DNA of 64,000 nucleotides from Pseudobdellovibrionaceae bacterium (GTDB taxonomy: Bacteria > Bdellovibrionota > Bdellovibrionia > Bdellovibrionales > Bdellovibrionaceae). Within the stretch, counting starts at the first letter, position 1; the number at the start of each line of letters is the position of its first letter. The DNA lies in assembly GCA_039810425.1 (NCBI GenBank), contig JBDHWW010000006.1:25800-89799 (forward strand), given 5' to 3'. The position numbers and the translations under genes are program-made. The notes beneath the pieces are model-generated. The model worked only from the letters and a program-made list of their open reading frames with translations, searched no databases and was not told the DNA's origin. This document shows, one piece after another, positions 1 to 10,448 of this stretch.

Positions 1-627
1 GGTGGTGGGGATGGCATGATTATGCTGCCGGAGCCTCTAGAAAAGTCTATTGCAGCGGCCAAGGCCGGGCAGCCGGAGGCAAAGGTCTTCTATCTATCGC
101 CTCAAGGAAAGCCGCTCACGCACGAAAAAGCCCAAGAGCTTTCACAAAACCCAGGATTGATTTTAATATGCGGTCGCTATGGCGGTATCGATCAACGCGT
201 GATTAATAAATTTGTCGATGAAGAAATCTCAACCGGTGATTACGTCATCTCCGGTGGGGAGCTTGCCGCTTGCGTTCTGATGGATGCAGTTTCTCGTTTT
301 GTGCCGGGCGTGCTTGGCCACAAAGATTCCGTAGACAAAGATAGCTTCGCGGAAGGTCTCTTAGAGCACCCCAACTTTACCCGTCCGCGTGAATATCACG
401 GGCAGGGGGTGCCTGAAGTCCTTGTTGGCGGCAATCATAAGAAAATCAATGAGTGGAAAGAGTTGGTTTCCTTCCTGGTGACCTTGCAAAAACGCCCGGA
501 CCTGATTCGCAAAGCCGAAGACCAAAAGCAGCTCACGGCGGCCTATCGCCTTTGGAACTCTATGACTATCGAAGAGCGTAAGCTTTTAGGGCTTCATAAG
601 CTGAGCGAGGGAGATTTTCATGGCTGA
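1..627 (+). CDS. trmD: tRNA (guanine37-N1)-methyltransferase, 5'-truncated by the window edge
   Basis: Frame is open from base 1 (GGGDGMIM). Motifs [26 protein letters not shown] and [10 protein letters not shown]; lies upstream of rplS. Confidence 0.97.
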   Translation, partial: GGGDGMIMLPEPLEKSIAAAKAGQPEAKVFYLSPQGKPLTHEKAQELSQNPGLILICGRYGGIDQRVINKFVDEEISTGDYVISGGELAACVLMDAVSRFVPGVLGHKDSVDKDSFAEGLLEHPNFTRPREYHGQGVPEVLVGGNHKKINEWKELVSFLVTLQKRPDLIRKAEDQKQLTAAYRLWNSMTIEERKLLGLHKLSEGDFHG

Positions 628-1201
628 GAAACCGTATGTGCCGAGACTGGCCATCGGCCTTGTTCACTATCCAATTGAAGATAAAGAAAAGAAAATTGTT
701 GCGACGAATATCACAAATTTCGATATTCATGACATCGCGCGTGCTGCACGTATGTACCAGGTGGAAAATTACTATCTGATCCACCCGATGCAGGAGCAAC
801 TGATGTTTGTTGAGCGCGTGTTGGATCACTGGAGAACGGGGCAGGGGGCGAAGTTCAACCCCTCGCGCCGCCGTGCTTTAGAACGCGTAAAAACTGCCGA
901 GAGCTTCGAAAAAGCCTTTCTCGACTGGGGGGTTCCTGAGGCCCTCACCGTGGCCACGCATGCCCGCCCGATAGAAGGGGTCGAGACTTTGAGTTTCCGA
1001 GGCCTTCGCGAACGGATGCATGACGAAAAAAAGCCGTGTTTTCTGCTATTTGGTACGGGTTATGGGCTTACTGAGGAGTTCATGAAGGGCTGCTCGGCGA
1101 TCCTCGAGCCGATCAAAGGGACTCCGCCGGATGATTTTCGACACCTTTCAGTTCGATCGGCGGTAAGTATCTGTCTTGACCGCATCATGGGGGCATGGTA
1201 A
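620..1201 (+). CDS. SPOUT RNA methyltransferase (TrmD-associated, Methyltrn_RNA_4-like)
   Basis: [23 protein letters not shown] and [16 protein letters not shown] motifs; overlaps the trmD stop. Confidence 0.85.
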   Translation: MAEKPYVPRLAIGLVHYPIEDKEKKIVATNITNFDIHDIARAARMYQVENYYLIHPMQEQLMFVERVLDHWRTGQGAKFNPSRRRALERVKTAESFEKAFLDWGVPEALTVATHARPIEGVETLSFRGLRERMHDEKKPCFLLFGTGYGLTEEFMKGCSAILEPIKGTPPDDFRHLSVRSAVSICLDRIMGAW

Positions 1202-1236
1202 CACCTCCCTTTACTTTTATATCCATGGGGAAAAAA

Positions 1237-1650
1237 ATGGCTAAAGCTGCAAAGAAAACAACGACTAAAGAAGTTAAAGAAACGAACTTGGTTCGCCGTG
1301 TCACTCAACGTGCTGCTAATAAAAACATCAACACGTTCAAGTCTGGCGACACAGTGAACGTTTATGTAAAAGTAAAAGAAGGCGAAAAAGAGCGCGTTCA
1401 GCTCTACAAAGGCATCGTTACTAAAATTCAAGGTAACGGCGTTGCTAAGTCTTTCACTGTTCGCAAAATTTCTGCGGGCGTTGGTGTTGAGAGAACTTTC
1501 CCGTTTGTAAGCCCGGCACTTGATCGTGTTGAAACCGTGGCTCACGGTAAAATACGCCGCTCTAAACTTTACTACCTCCGTGACCTTGATGGTAAGGCGG
1601 CTAAGATCACTTCTGAGATTGCAACTAAAGAGTCTGTTGCTGCTGAGTAA
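1237..1650 (+). CDS. rplS: 50S ribosomal protein L19
   Basis: [32 protein letters not shown] and [12 protein letters not shown] 1237 chosen over the longer ORF start. Confidence 0.97.
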   Translation: MAKAAKKTTTKEVKETNLVRRVTQRAANKNINTFKSGDTVNVYVKVKEGEKERVQLYKGIVTKIQGNGVAKSFTVRKISAGVGVERTFPFVSPALDRVETVAHGKIRRSKLYYLRDLDGKAAKITSEIATKESVAAE

Positions 1651-1653
1651 TTA

Positions 1654-2277
1654 ATGAAATCATTCGAGCCAATTGATTGGCGAAGCTTCTGCACGGACGA
1701 CTCCGACTTTAGAATCATCGGAGTCGATGAGGTCGGCAGAGGTTGTTTGGCGGGCCCGGTTTACGCGTCCGCCGTTTCTTTTAATTCAGATCATCTCTCC
1801 GATCTTGTCACGGATTCGAAACTCTTGTCCGAAAAACGACGGACGGACCTCTCTATTGAAATTCAAAAGCATCACCACGTCGGTATCGGCTTTGCAACCG
1901 TTGAGGAAATTGATGATCTCAATATTCTTCAGGCCTCGTTATTAGCAATGAAGCGCGCCGTGGAGGCTCTTGGTTTTGTAAAAGGGCATCTCTTGATTGA
2001 TGGCAATCAGAAGATCCCGAACATGGTTAAGGCGTTTCAGCAAACAACCGTCGTGAAAGGCGATCTGCGCGTGGCACCGATCTCGGCCGCTTCCATCGTC
2101 GCGAAAGTGACGCGTGATGAGCTGATGAAGAACTTGGGTACTGAATTCCCACACTATGGATTTGAAGCGCACAAGGGCTATTCGACAGCCGTTCATAAGA
2201 AATCAATTGCCGAGCACGGGCCCTGTAAGTGGCACCGTAGATCGTTCTCAGGCGTTAAAGAGCACCTCTCTTTGTAA
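1654..2277 (+). CDS. rnhB: Ribonuclease HII
   Basis: [35 protein letters not shown] and HKGY motifs. Confidence 0.97.
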   Translation: MKSFEPIDWRSFCTDDSDFRIIGVDEVGRGCLAGPVYASAVSFNSDHLSDLVTDSKLLSEKRRTDLSIEIQKHHHVGIGFATVEEIDDLNILQASLLAMKRAVEALGFVKGHLLIDGNQKIPNMVKAFQQTTVVKGDLRVAPISAASIVAKVTRDELMKNLGTEFPHYGFEAHKGYSTAVHKKSIAEHGPCKWHRRSFSGVKEHLSL

Positions 2278-2599
2278 GGCGCACGCGCAAGGTCTTCGGG
2301 CTGAAGAGCGCGTGATTCAGTTCCTTCAACGCAAAAATTTAAAAATATTGAAGACACGCTGGCGCACAACTTATGCGGAAATTGATATTCTGGCGGAAAG
2401 CGCCCGCAAAGAGCTTTGGATTTTTGAAGTCAAAAGCCTCAGTCATTTTGACTTTCTTGACGTGCGGGTTTCACGCCGGCAAAAGGAGCGGCTGAAAAGG
2501 GCCTTCATGTTTGTCCAAGGAAAGACCCGTCGGCCCGTGCGTATCGCGCTCGCCTTTGTCGATAAAGCCGGTGAAGTTTTAATAATCGAAAATTTCTAG
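2207..2599 (+). CDS. yraN: YraN (UPF0102) family nuclease-fold protein; start uncertain (TTG 2207 or GTG 2312)
   Basis: GLRAEE, RWR..AEIDIL and FEVK motifs; usual position after rnhB. Confidence 0.75.
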   Translation: MPSTGPVSGTVDRSQALKSTSLCKAHAQGLRAEERVIQFLQRKNLKILKTRWRTTYAEIDILAESARKELWIFEVKSLSHFDFLDVRVSRRQKERLKRAFMFVQGKTRRPVRIALAFVDKAGEVLIIENF

Positions 2600-5076
2600 A
2601 AGCCGTACTTGTCGAGTTCTTCCGGAGGAAGGGCTGGCTTCGGTGTTCCATCGAAGTTAAAGGCGAAGTCGATGTAGAGTTTGGTATTGCCATCGGTGGG
2701 TAAATACTGCGTGAAGTTGATCATCCAGCAGTCGCCTGGAGGTTTTAACTGGGCAACATACGCCCAAGAGGTGATTTTCTTTTCGTCGGCAGTGTTGGCC
2801 CAGTTCGCGTTGTAAACCACTTTGCCCATCAGGTTTAAATAACCTGACTGGAAGCCAGCGCCGAAAGTATAGTTTTCTACCCGGGACTTTTCGAGATCGA
2901 CGACTTGTCCCGGTTGTGGGCGCTGATAAGTTTTAACCCACTGAATCTGGAAGAACTGGCCGAATTCATTTGTCAGGCGCACGCGTGAGTTCATGTTCGT
3001 GACTGAGAGGTCCTGCAGGTAGTTGATGGTGGTGTAGGTCTGAAACTGCTTAAAACGCATGTCTAAAATAGCATTCAGATCAGACCACGGCGTTCGCGTC
3101 GGATTTCGCAGGTTGGCTTGGTGAGTGTCGTAAGACTGATAGATTTTAAGATTGGCGAGCTGTAAATACTGAGGTGAATCGCCAACCCAAGTTTTCTGCA
3201 CAAGCTTATTCGTTAGTGCAAAGGTGACAAGGCCGCGATCATAGACACGGTCATTGTAATCAAACTGCACGCCGTGAGTACCATTCACATCATTGTCTGA
3301 GAGATAATCGGTGTAATAGTAAGTCGGATCAGGGTCGCTGTCGGTTCCAAAGAATGGATGGCTTGGGTGGTAGAGCCACGGAATGGCAGTCGCTACGACT
3401 TCAGGGACAATTTCATGTTTATACTTATCAGCTTTCGGTGCTTCGCCCGTTGTAAAGACACGATTGATAGAAGTTTTTATTCCCAATGTGGCGCGAATAT
3501 AACGGCGCACGTTGCTGCGGTCATCACCGGCACTAAACTGATAGTCCGTTTCGCGGTAAGAGAGGGAAGGCAAAACATCCAAGTAGTCCCCAAATAACAT
3601 CGGACGACTGATAGTGCCGGTTAAATCCCAGCGCTGGCCTGTCCGCAAAAGATCTGTTGCCGGGTCAAAGGCGCCGTCTTGAATCGCCGAGCAGCCGGTT
3701 TTGGTCGCAGGATTGTAGTCCGTAGGCAAATCACACGTGTTCGTGAGATAGCGCACGCCGTTTTTTACGGTCATGCTGTCAAAGCCCTGATCCGCCCGGG
3801 CGAAGTTTGTGTAGTCCACGTTATAGGAATACAAAAACTGCGAGTTCGCGATTTTCTGCTGCGTTTGTGCGAGGCGGATTTCAGGTATGCGATGAACTGC
3901 GTTGCCATTGGATGCGAGGGCATCTGACTGTAGCATATTCACATAATATGAGGAATCGACACTGATGTGATTTGCAAAAGTATTCTTCGTGAGCGAAAGA
4001 CGGTTGTCCATTGCGGGATTGCCGAAAGTCACCGTTTTCTGATCCGGAAAATTTTTTCCCGGAGTGCCAAAGTCTCCGGTCTCTTCCGGGAAATCCTTTG
4101 GGTATTGAAGATCACTGGCGAGGTTGATTTGGGCGCGATGGATGTATCCGCCGGGCATATCGTAATAGTGCTCGTATTTTGTAAACCACCGAGCAATGTC
4201 TTTGCCTTTGGTTCCTTCAGATTCAAAGTTTAGAACCCGTGGATCATTTTTGAAAACGCGGTCCACCAGTCCCGCGACGTTGAGCTGGCCATAAGAATTT
4301 TCATTCAGCATGTAGCGATACTCACCTGCGGCTTGGAGCCCGCGCTTTTCGTAGTTGGTGAGGATGAGAGTCGCATCGCTACTGCGTGACAGTGCCCAGA
4401 AATAACTTTCTGAGAAGGCAAAGCCGCCGGCATCATCTTTTAAGAAACGGGGAGTGAGCAGGCCTGATTGGCGGTCACTTTTTAGCGGTACGATCAAGTA
4501 GGGAAGCCACATGACGGGGACTGAGTAGATTTTTAGAATCGAGTTTTTAATGTACGCATAGCCGCCGAGCTCCGCGCGGATGTTGCTGCCAGAAAAACCC
4601 CAAGTCGGGGGACAGTTTGTGCAAGTGGTATAGTCGGCGTTTGAAACATAATACTCGTCATCGTTGGTTTTTTGCAAAATGGAGCCTGAGAAAACCACGG
4701 GGCCTGATTGTACGAAGCCATCGTAAACGACGCCGGTGTTGTTTTCATAGTCGAGTGTGGCGGCAATCCCACCCACCGTGGCTTTTGTTGAAGCAATTTC
4801 AACATGTCCGTTGAGCTGTGCTTGGCGTGTGCGGAAATTCACCTTGGCCTTGTCGGCCTTGATGTGTTGGTTTTGGAAAACGATTTGGACATTGCCTTCG
4901 AGCTCCAATGTTTCGTTTTCACTGTCACGAAACATGCTGTCAGCATCGAAAAGCACGCCCTGAACTTTTGCGGAGGCTCGTGCATGTACGACGCCCGGGA
5001 CAAGAAGCCCCAAGAGCAAAAGAAGCCCAAAATACCATTTTGCCGTCGTCGCTGTTCGCACTTTGTTGTCTGCCAA
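2596..5076 (-). CDS. lptD: LPS-assembly outer-membrane protein LptD; start approximate
   Basis: Signal-like segment, OstA-like N-domain (LEGNVQIVFQNQHIKADK), YTTC, PVMWLPY..P...RQSGLL.P, long beta-barrel, C-terminal DCW. Confidence 0.88.
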   Translation of the reverse strand: MADNKVRTATTAKWYFGLLLLLGLLVPGVVHARASAKVQGVLFDADSMFRDSENETLELEGNVQIVFQNQHIKADKAKVNFRTRQAQLNGHVEIASTKATVGGIAATLDYENNTGVVYDGFVQSGPVVFSGSILQKTNDDEYYVSNADYTTCTNCPPTWGFSGSNIRAELGGYAYIKNSILKIYSVPVMWLPYLIVPLKSDRQSGLLTPRFLKDDAGGFAFSESYFWALSRSSDATLILTNYEKRGLQAAGEYRYMLNENSYGQLNVAGLVDRVFKNDPRVLNFESEGTKGKDIARWFTKYEHYYDMPGGYIHRAQINLASDLQYPKDFPEETGDFGTPGKNFPDQKTVTFGNPAMDNRLSLTKNTFANHISVDSSYYVNMLQSDALASNGNAVHRIPEIRLAQTQQKIANSQFLYSYNVDYTNFARADQGFDSMTVKNGVRYLTNTCDLPTDYNPATKTGCSAIQDGAFDPATDLLRTGQRWDLTGTISRPMLFGDYLDVLPSLSYRETDYQFSAGDDRSNVRRYIRATLGIKTSINRVFTTGEAPKADKYKHEIVPEVVATAIPWLYHPSHPFFGTDSDPDPTYYYTDYLSDNDVNGTHGVQFDYNDRVYDRGLVTFALTNKLVQKTWVGDSPQYLQLANLKIYQSYDTHQANLRNPTRTPWSDLNAILDMRFKQFQTYTTINYLQDLSVTNMNSRVRLTNEFGQFFQIQWVKTYQRPQPGQVVDLEKSRVENYTFGAGFQSGYLNLMGKVVYNANWANTADEKKITSWAYVAQLKPPGDCWMINFTQYLPTDGNTKLYIDFAFNFDGTPKPALPPEELDKYGF

Positions 5077-5258
5077 ATCCGTTTTAGCTAGCTGTTTACA
5101 TTTCAGGACGGGGCCTTGCGCGCATGCAAGCCCTAAGTCCAAGCCAAATGATAGGGGGCAAAAGAACGCTTGTCGAGGTTATTTCTAGTCTATCGCCCTC
5201 TATAATAAGTGAGAAAATGCGCCGAAAAATAAGCACATTGCTCTCGAAGGGATCTTTC

Positions 5259-5612
5259 ATGGAAGCGAAGTTCTATCAAGAAGGCGACGTGACCGTCGTT
5301 GCACTCAGTGGTCGTTTGAATATTGAAAAAACACCCGCATTTAAGACAGCCTGTTTACGAAGTCTCAGAGGAAAAAAAGTTGTTTTCTGCATGAAGGATT
5401 TGAGTTTCGTCGGCTCGACTGGAATTCAAAGTTTTTTTCAGGTCATTCGCGAATTCAATCAGAGTAAGCATTTCACGGCGAAGGTTTCAGATTTGAAACC
5501 GGACTTTCATCGCCTGCTGTCATTTGGTGGGGCGAGTGATTTGGATATCTGTGAAAATATGGCAGGAGCTCTACTGAGTTTTCAAGCCCCCGCGACTCTG
5601 ACAATTGCTTAA
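5259..5612 (+). CDS. STAS-domain protein (anti-sigma factor antagonist-like)
   Basis: VVALSGRL and LSFVGSTGI (phosphorylatable Ser motif); about 117 aa from ATG 5259. Confidence 0.8.
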   Translation: MEAKFYQEGDVTVVALSGRLNIEKTPAFKTACLRSLRGKKVVFCMKDLSFVGSTGIQSFFQVIREFNQSKHFTAKVSDLKPDFHRLLSFGGASDLDICENMAGALLSFQAPATLTIA

Positions 5613-6772
5613 GAATTGTTCTGCTGAGACCTCAGCTCATTCACTTTCTGGCTCAAATCAACGTTCAGTCTCTCAAGAGACTGAATTGCTGTTTTGAGCT
5701 TTTCCGTCTCTTCAACTTTTGCATTCCACATATAGCGCAGGCTGTCCAATTGCTCAGTCAGGTCCTGCTTGTCTTTTTGCAAAGACTTGATTTGTGTTTC
5801 GTTGCCAAGCGCTAATTCTTGCAGATCGCCGTGCTCAATTTCTAGGCGCTTATTGCTGCGATGGAGATCATTAGACTTGTCTTGTAGGCGGAACACTTCT
5901 TGCTCAAGGCGGGCTTTGATTTCTTCTTTTGAACGAAGAATTTCAACGACTTGATTTTCAAGCTCGTCTTGCTTTTCCAGGGCTTTGTTCAGTTTGATGG
6001 CCTTAACTTCAAGCTCCTGATTCATGAGTTCTAAGTTTTGAAGTTCATTTTTCTGGCTTTCAATTTGACCTTCATAGAAATGCACCAGTTCTTGGGATTT
6101 TTTTTCGTGGATCTCGATTTGCTGGCGAGAAACCTTTGTCACCTCCATGATCTGAAAGCGCAAATCACTCAATTGAGCTTCCTGGCGGGCATGCTCTTGG
6201 GAGAGGGAGAGGTTTTTCTTTTCCAGATCGCAAGAGTATTCCTTCAACTGGTGAATGTAGGGCTTCACCTGAGTTTTAATGCGGTCGTGATACTTATGAT
6301 AGCGGTCGCATTCAGCTGAAAGCTTTTCCGCGCGGGCATGAAGCGCAAGAGCTTTCTCGGTTTGCACTTCCTTTTGCTTTTCGGCCTGTTGAAGTTTTTG
6401 CTTCCACATGTTGTCTTTTTCTTTATAGATCAAGACTTGGTCGGCAACCGCGGTTTGTGACAGGCGCGCGCGCTGAGATTCGTCGCTCAGCTTTTGATTT
6501 TCATTTTCAAGCAAGGCCAGGCGGCGCAGGGCCACTTTCAGGCGAGTCGCAAGATCTTCATTTTGTGAGATCAGGCTTTCAACGCTGGAGGATTTGAGGA
6601 TTTCCTTTGGCAGATGCGCGTAGTTAAAAGTCGCCGGCATTTCGTCGGGTAGTGGAATGTTTTCCACGTCCCGCTGAACAGCTCGTTGGGGGGTGCCTGG
6701 TTTTGAATTTGCGACTTCTTCCTCGAAGCCTAAATTCTGAATTTTGACATTTTGAAAAGACTCAAAGTCCAT
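5609..6772 (-). CDS. Long coiled-coil protein, function unknown
   Basis: E/K/Q/L heptad-rich over most of 387 aa; GGAG upstream of ATG. Confidence 0.75.
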   Translation of the reverse strand: MDFESFQNVKIQNLGFEEEVANSKPGTPQRAVQRDVENIPLPDEMPATFNYAHLPKEILKSSSVESLISQNEDLATRLKVALRRLALLENENQKLSDESQRARLSQTAVADQVLIYKEKDNMWKQKLQQAEKQKEVQTEKALALHARAEKLSAECDRYHKYHDRIKTQVKPYIHQLKEYSCDLEKKNLSLSQEHARQEAQLSDLRFQIMEVTKVSRQQIEIHEKKSQELVHFYEGQIESQKNELQNLELMNQELEVKAIKLNKALEKQDELENQVVEILRSKEEIKARLEQEVFRLQDKSNDLHRSNKRLEIEHGDLQELALGNETQIKSLQKDKQDLTEQLDSLRYMWNAKVEETEKLKTAIQSLERLNVDLSQKVNELRSQQNNS

Positions 6773-6908
6773 AGAAACTCCTCCATGAGATCCAGGCGGT
6801 CCTTAGTTTAGTTTCTCAAAATCGCGAAGAAACTGTCAAAACTTTAGGCTGGTCGCGGCCTTGAACTGGACTCAAATCCAGCAATTCTCAGGACCTTAGG
6901 TGGGGCGT

Positions 6909-6935
6909 TTAAGGTCTTGAAAAACTTGCCGAAAA
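6909..6935 (+). promoter_or_regulatory. Putative sigma-28 (FliA) promoter
   Basis: TTAAG-N14-GCCGAAAA, ending 7 nt before ATG 6943. Confidence 0.55.
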
Positions 6936-6942
6936 GCAAGAC

Positions 6943-7512
6943 ATGGCAATCGTACTGCACGAAGATAAGCAAAAAGAAGAAGCAAAGCTGTTTAGTGATA
7001 CGGGAATTGGCAGTACCGACTTGGGTGAGCCAGATTCGCTTCGCTATCGCGTGCTGACGATGGTTCTAGATGAGCGCTATGATGGAGCCATTGAGGAGCT
7101 TAAAGAATTCGTGGACCAACCGTCGGATTACCCCGACTTTCGTAGCCGCATTCAGAGATTCGTAAATCATAGCATGGACTTGATCTATGCTATTAAAGCA
7201 AAACGCAGCTTTCCTGGAATCTCTTCTTTAACCCGCGCAAAACAACAAGAGCTTCGTGAAAAGTTCAAAGAACACTTAAGAGAGTTACAGTATTCACTTA
7301 AAAAGATTGAAAAAAATCAAACTGATCTTCGCGTGGCGGATGCGCGATCCACCATCTATGTCGTGCGCGCTACTTGGTATGCGGTTATTTCAGTCGCCGC
7401 TTTGGGTTTCTTTTTGGAAATCTCAAATGGGCTTGCGAAAACAAGCTTTGTCGTTATCGACGATGTCGTCACGAAAGCAACCGAGTGGTTGCTTCATTTT
7501 GTAAATCTTTAA
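6943..7512 (+). CDS. Hypothetical protein with a C-terminal membrane anchor
   Basis: 189-aa helical ORF ending in a hydrophobic segment (YAVISVAALGFFL). Confidence 0.7.
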   Translation: MAIVLHEDKQKEEAKLFSDTGIGSTDLGEPDSLRYRVLTMVLDERYDGAIEELKEFVDQPSDYPDFRSRIQRFVNHSMDLIYAIKAKRSFPGISSLTRAKQQELREKFKEHLRELQYSLKKIEKNQTDLRVADARSTIYVVRATWYAVISVAALGFFLEISNGLAKTSFVVIDDVVTKATEWLLHFVNL

Positions 7513-7528
7513 AGACCTTGTTTAAGTA

Positions 7529-8725
7529 CTACTTTTGAATAGTTCTGTAAGTATTTTCAAGAACGGCTGGAAGTTGTCCGCCCGGTAGGTTTTTGCCATT
7601 GAGGAACACGGAAGGTGTTCCGGCGATTTGGGCTTTCTCGCCCTCGGAAGCCATCTTTTTTACAGCCTCATGAACCTCCTCTGAGTTCATGCAAGTTCTC
7701 ACTTGCTCGCAGTCGGCACCTGTTGTTTTGCAGAGGTCCTCAGTCACGTCTGCCATCGGCCTTGAAAAAATACTTTCTTGGTTATCGAAGATATAGTGAT
7801 GAGCATCCCAGCCCTTTTTGTTGAGCTTTTCAAGGCAAAGGGTCGCATAAGCGAGCTCACAACGTTTGCCATCGCCTTTATGCTGAACGGCCGTGTTGCA
7901 GACGCCATCGAGTGGAAAATTCTTAAACACCAACTTCACGTCTGGATGTGTTTTGGTGAAGTTATGTAAAGCCGGATATGCCGCTTTACAGTGGGAGCAC
8001 AAGAAGTCTGCGAACTCGACGATAGTCACTTTCGCATTGTCGTTGCCGACTTGGAAGGTGAGGCCGTTTTGGTCAAAGGTTTGCTCCGGCGCGCTTTGCC
8101 ATGTGGTCAGGCTGGAATCACTGACACGTTTAATCTCTTGGTAGCCGTAGCTATTCAACGTCATGTCGCTAAAAATCAAAGATAGAGCTGGGACGGCGAT
8201 GGCAAGACCCAGTACCCATTTTTCACTGGTGAACAGATCTCGCACATCACCCGGTAGTCGACCCATATCCGGACGGTAGGCGATGAGCAGGGTAATCCAG
8301 GTTAAAACTGAAAGCGCGTAAGTCACCATGCAGAATGGACAGCCGACGCGAATAACAAAGAATGAAATCCCACCCATGACAACCGAAACTAAGAGAATAA
8401 AGCTGGCGATGTAGAAAGTGTAGCGTTCTGTGCGGTCTGAGTCGGCGGTGAGTTTGTAACGGCTCAAAAGGATGAAGATGAGCAGGAGGCCGTTTGTGAG
8501 GGCCCCGAGCATCGCCATCGGGATTCCGAAAAGTTCCGCGAAAGGGCTTGAGGCGGCGGCATCACAATTGAATTTTTCATTCACGTTGCAGACGCTGTCG
8601 GCGCTCGCTGTGCCAAGCTTGAGGTCAATGTGGTGCTTATTTAAGTAAAAATGAACCCCGATTGCTATAACTGTGAAGATAAGCGCTAGAAGAATCAGGA
8701 TCTTTTTTTGAGCTGTATTTTTCAT
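7529..8725 (-). CDS. VKOR-DsbA/thioredoxin fusion (disulfide bond formation)
   Basis: VKOR loop Cys pair CNVNEKFNC and CPFC in the TM region; DsbA-like IVEFADFLCSHC and cis-Pro GTPS. Confidence 0.88.
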   Translation of the reverse strand: MKNTAQKKILILLALIFTVIAIGVHFYLNKHHIDLKLGTASADSVCNVNEKFNCDAAASSPFAELFGIPMAMLGALTNGLLLIFILLSRYKLTADSDRTERYTFYIASFILLVSVVMGGISFFVIRVGCPFCMVTYALSVLTWITLLIAYRPDMGRLPGDVRDLFTSEKWVLGLAIAVPALSLIFSDMTLNSYGYQEIKRVSDSSLTTWQSAPEQTFDQNGLTFQVGNDNAKVTIVEFADFLCSHCKAAYPALHNFTKTHPDVKLVFKNFPLDGVCNTAVQHKGDGKRCELAYATLCLEKLNKKGWDAHHYIFDNQESIFSRPMADVTEDLCKTTGADCEQVRTCMNSEEVHEAVKKMASEGEKAQIAGTPSVFLNGKNLPGGQLPAVLENTYRTIQK

Positions 8726-8804
8726 GTTTTCGATTAGACCCCACAATCCTGCTTGAAATCAATGGCTTTTATGCAAAAATAAACGCACGCGTTGGAGAGT
8801 CATT

Positions 8805-10448
8805 TTGACAAGGACGTCAGTGGGTTTGCGAAAAGTGGATTTGCAGGAATGGATACGCATCCGCAAGGAGCTCTATCGTCAAATGGAGGCGCAGGTTCAA
8901 ATTCGCCTCGGTGGCGAGGACAAAGAACTCGCCCGCTACCGCAAAGACTACAACAAGGAATTTAACCGCCGGTGGCGGCGTTCGACTCGGGACGATTTGT
9001 ATCGCAGGTTGCAACTTTCCCGATTGGTGCTCATGGGCGATTTCCATGCTCTTTCCCAATCGCAAAAAACCCATTGGCGTGTACTCAAGAATTTTTTAAC
9101 ATCGAGGCCGATCGTTCTCTGCATGGAATGTTTTGAAGCGGAGGATCAGCCGTTGATTGACAAGTACATGTCCGGGAAAATGTCGGAACGGGAGTTCTTG
9201 AAGGCCGTCGAGTGGGCGAAGAAATGGGGTTTTCCGTGGGACCATTACCGTTCTATGATTCGCTGGGCGCAGGCGAAGAAGATTCCGGTGTACGGTCTGA
9301 ATCGTGGTGTGAAAAAGCGGACGGCGGCGAGCCTGAAATCCCGCGATGTTTTTGCGGCGCAAAAGCTTCACGCCATTTTGAAAAAACATCCGGAAGCCAT
9401 TGTGTTTGCGATCTATGGTGATTTGCATTTGGCGAAAGATCACTTGCCGAAAGAGGTTTTGAAGCTGGAAGGCCCGGCATTTAAAGGGAAAATCTTTCGT
9501 TTGTTCCAAAACGCAGAGAAAATTTATTTCCAGATTCTTGAAAAAGAACTTGAAAGTAGTGTCGATGTCGTCGAGCTTTCTCGCGAGACCTTTTGCCTGC
9601 TCAATGTTCCACCGTGGGTGAAGTGGCAGAATTATCTGATGTATCTCGAGCATACCTATGATCCGGGGCTTGGAGATGAAGAAGAGAGTGTTGATTACAC
9701 CGATCATGTCGGCAATTACGTGAAAATTATTTCCGAGGAGCTTGGCGGGAGAATTTCGTGCGATGATCTATCGGTCTATACGGCCCAGGATCGTCAGTTC
9801 TGGGACCGGTTGCGGGAGAGGTACGGACCGCGCGACCTTAAATGGATTGAGACTCTGATTGAGGATGGGAATTCATTTTACCTTCCGGAGTTGGGGGCTG
9901 GCTACCTGGCGCGACCGACGGTGAATCACGCAGCCACTCTGGCCGCGAAATACGTTCATGCAAAGGTCAGTCATACCAGTGAAAGTTTTTTTGAAATGCC
10001 AAAGGATTTTTTAAGACTCGTTTGGATTGAGGGCCTTGCTTACTTTGGTTCTAAAATTATAAACCATAAGCGCAAAACGGATACGGTGATGGATCTGCGA
10101 ACGGCTGTTGCTTCCCGAGGCGCCACAGGGGTTGAAAAAGAGCCCCTGATGTTAGCGCTTTCGCAAAAGATGCATGAACTAATGGCGATTTCAGGCAGGC
10201 CTCAGGTGCGGAGTGTGATTCGGCCGAAGAAAAAACGCAGCTATCAAGTGGCCGCGAGCCTCTTGGGCGGCATGATCGGGGAGCGACTTTATGGTGCTTA
10301 TCGAAAGGGGATAGTTTCGAAGCAAACGGTCCTGGTGTTTTTGAAAAAAGCGATAAAACAAGAAAACTTTAATATGGCCTACTATGAGATGATGGAAATT
10401 GTGGAGTCCTTGCCGGCCCCGTTTCGCAGCAAAAAGGAGAAGATGTGA
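8805..10448 (+). CDS. ChaN/Tiki-superfamily domain protein with a C-terminal extension
   Basis: LVLMGDFH, LCMECF, W...WGFPW..Y, PVYGLN, SRD and YGDLHL motifs. Confidence 0.65.
   Translation: MTRTSVGLRKVDLQEWIRIRKELYRQMEAQVQIRLGGEDKELARYRKDYNKEFNRRWRRSTRDDLYRRLQLSRLVLMGDFHALSQSQKTHWRVLKNFLTSRPIVLCMECFEAEDQPLIDKYMSGKMSEREFLKAVEWAKKWGFPWDHYRSMIRWAQAKKIPVYGLNRGVKKRTAASLKSRDVFAAQKLHAILKKHPEAIVFAIYGDLHLAKDHLPKEVLKLEGPAFKGKIFRLFQNAEKIYFQILEKELESSVDVVELSRETFCLLNVPPWVKWQNYLMYLEHTYDPGLGDEEESVDYTDHVGNYVKIISEELGGRISCDDLSVYTAQDRQFWDRLRERYGPRDLKWIETLIEDGNSFYLPELGAGYLARPTVNHAATLAAKYVHAKVSHTSESFFEMPKDFLRLVWIEGLAYFGSKIINHKRKTDTVMDLRTAVASRGATGVEKEPLMLALSQKMHELMAISGRPQVRSVIRPKKKRSYQVAASLLGGMIGERLYGAYRKGIVSKQTVLVFLKKAIKQENFNMAYYEMMEIVESLPAPFRSKKEKM

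Noticed and set aside
5202..5228. Sigma-28 promoter before the STAS gene (GCCGAAAA)
   Set aside because: The -10 is good but there is no convincing -35 at 14-15 nt; left uncalled.
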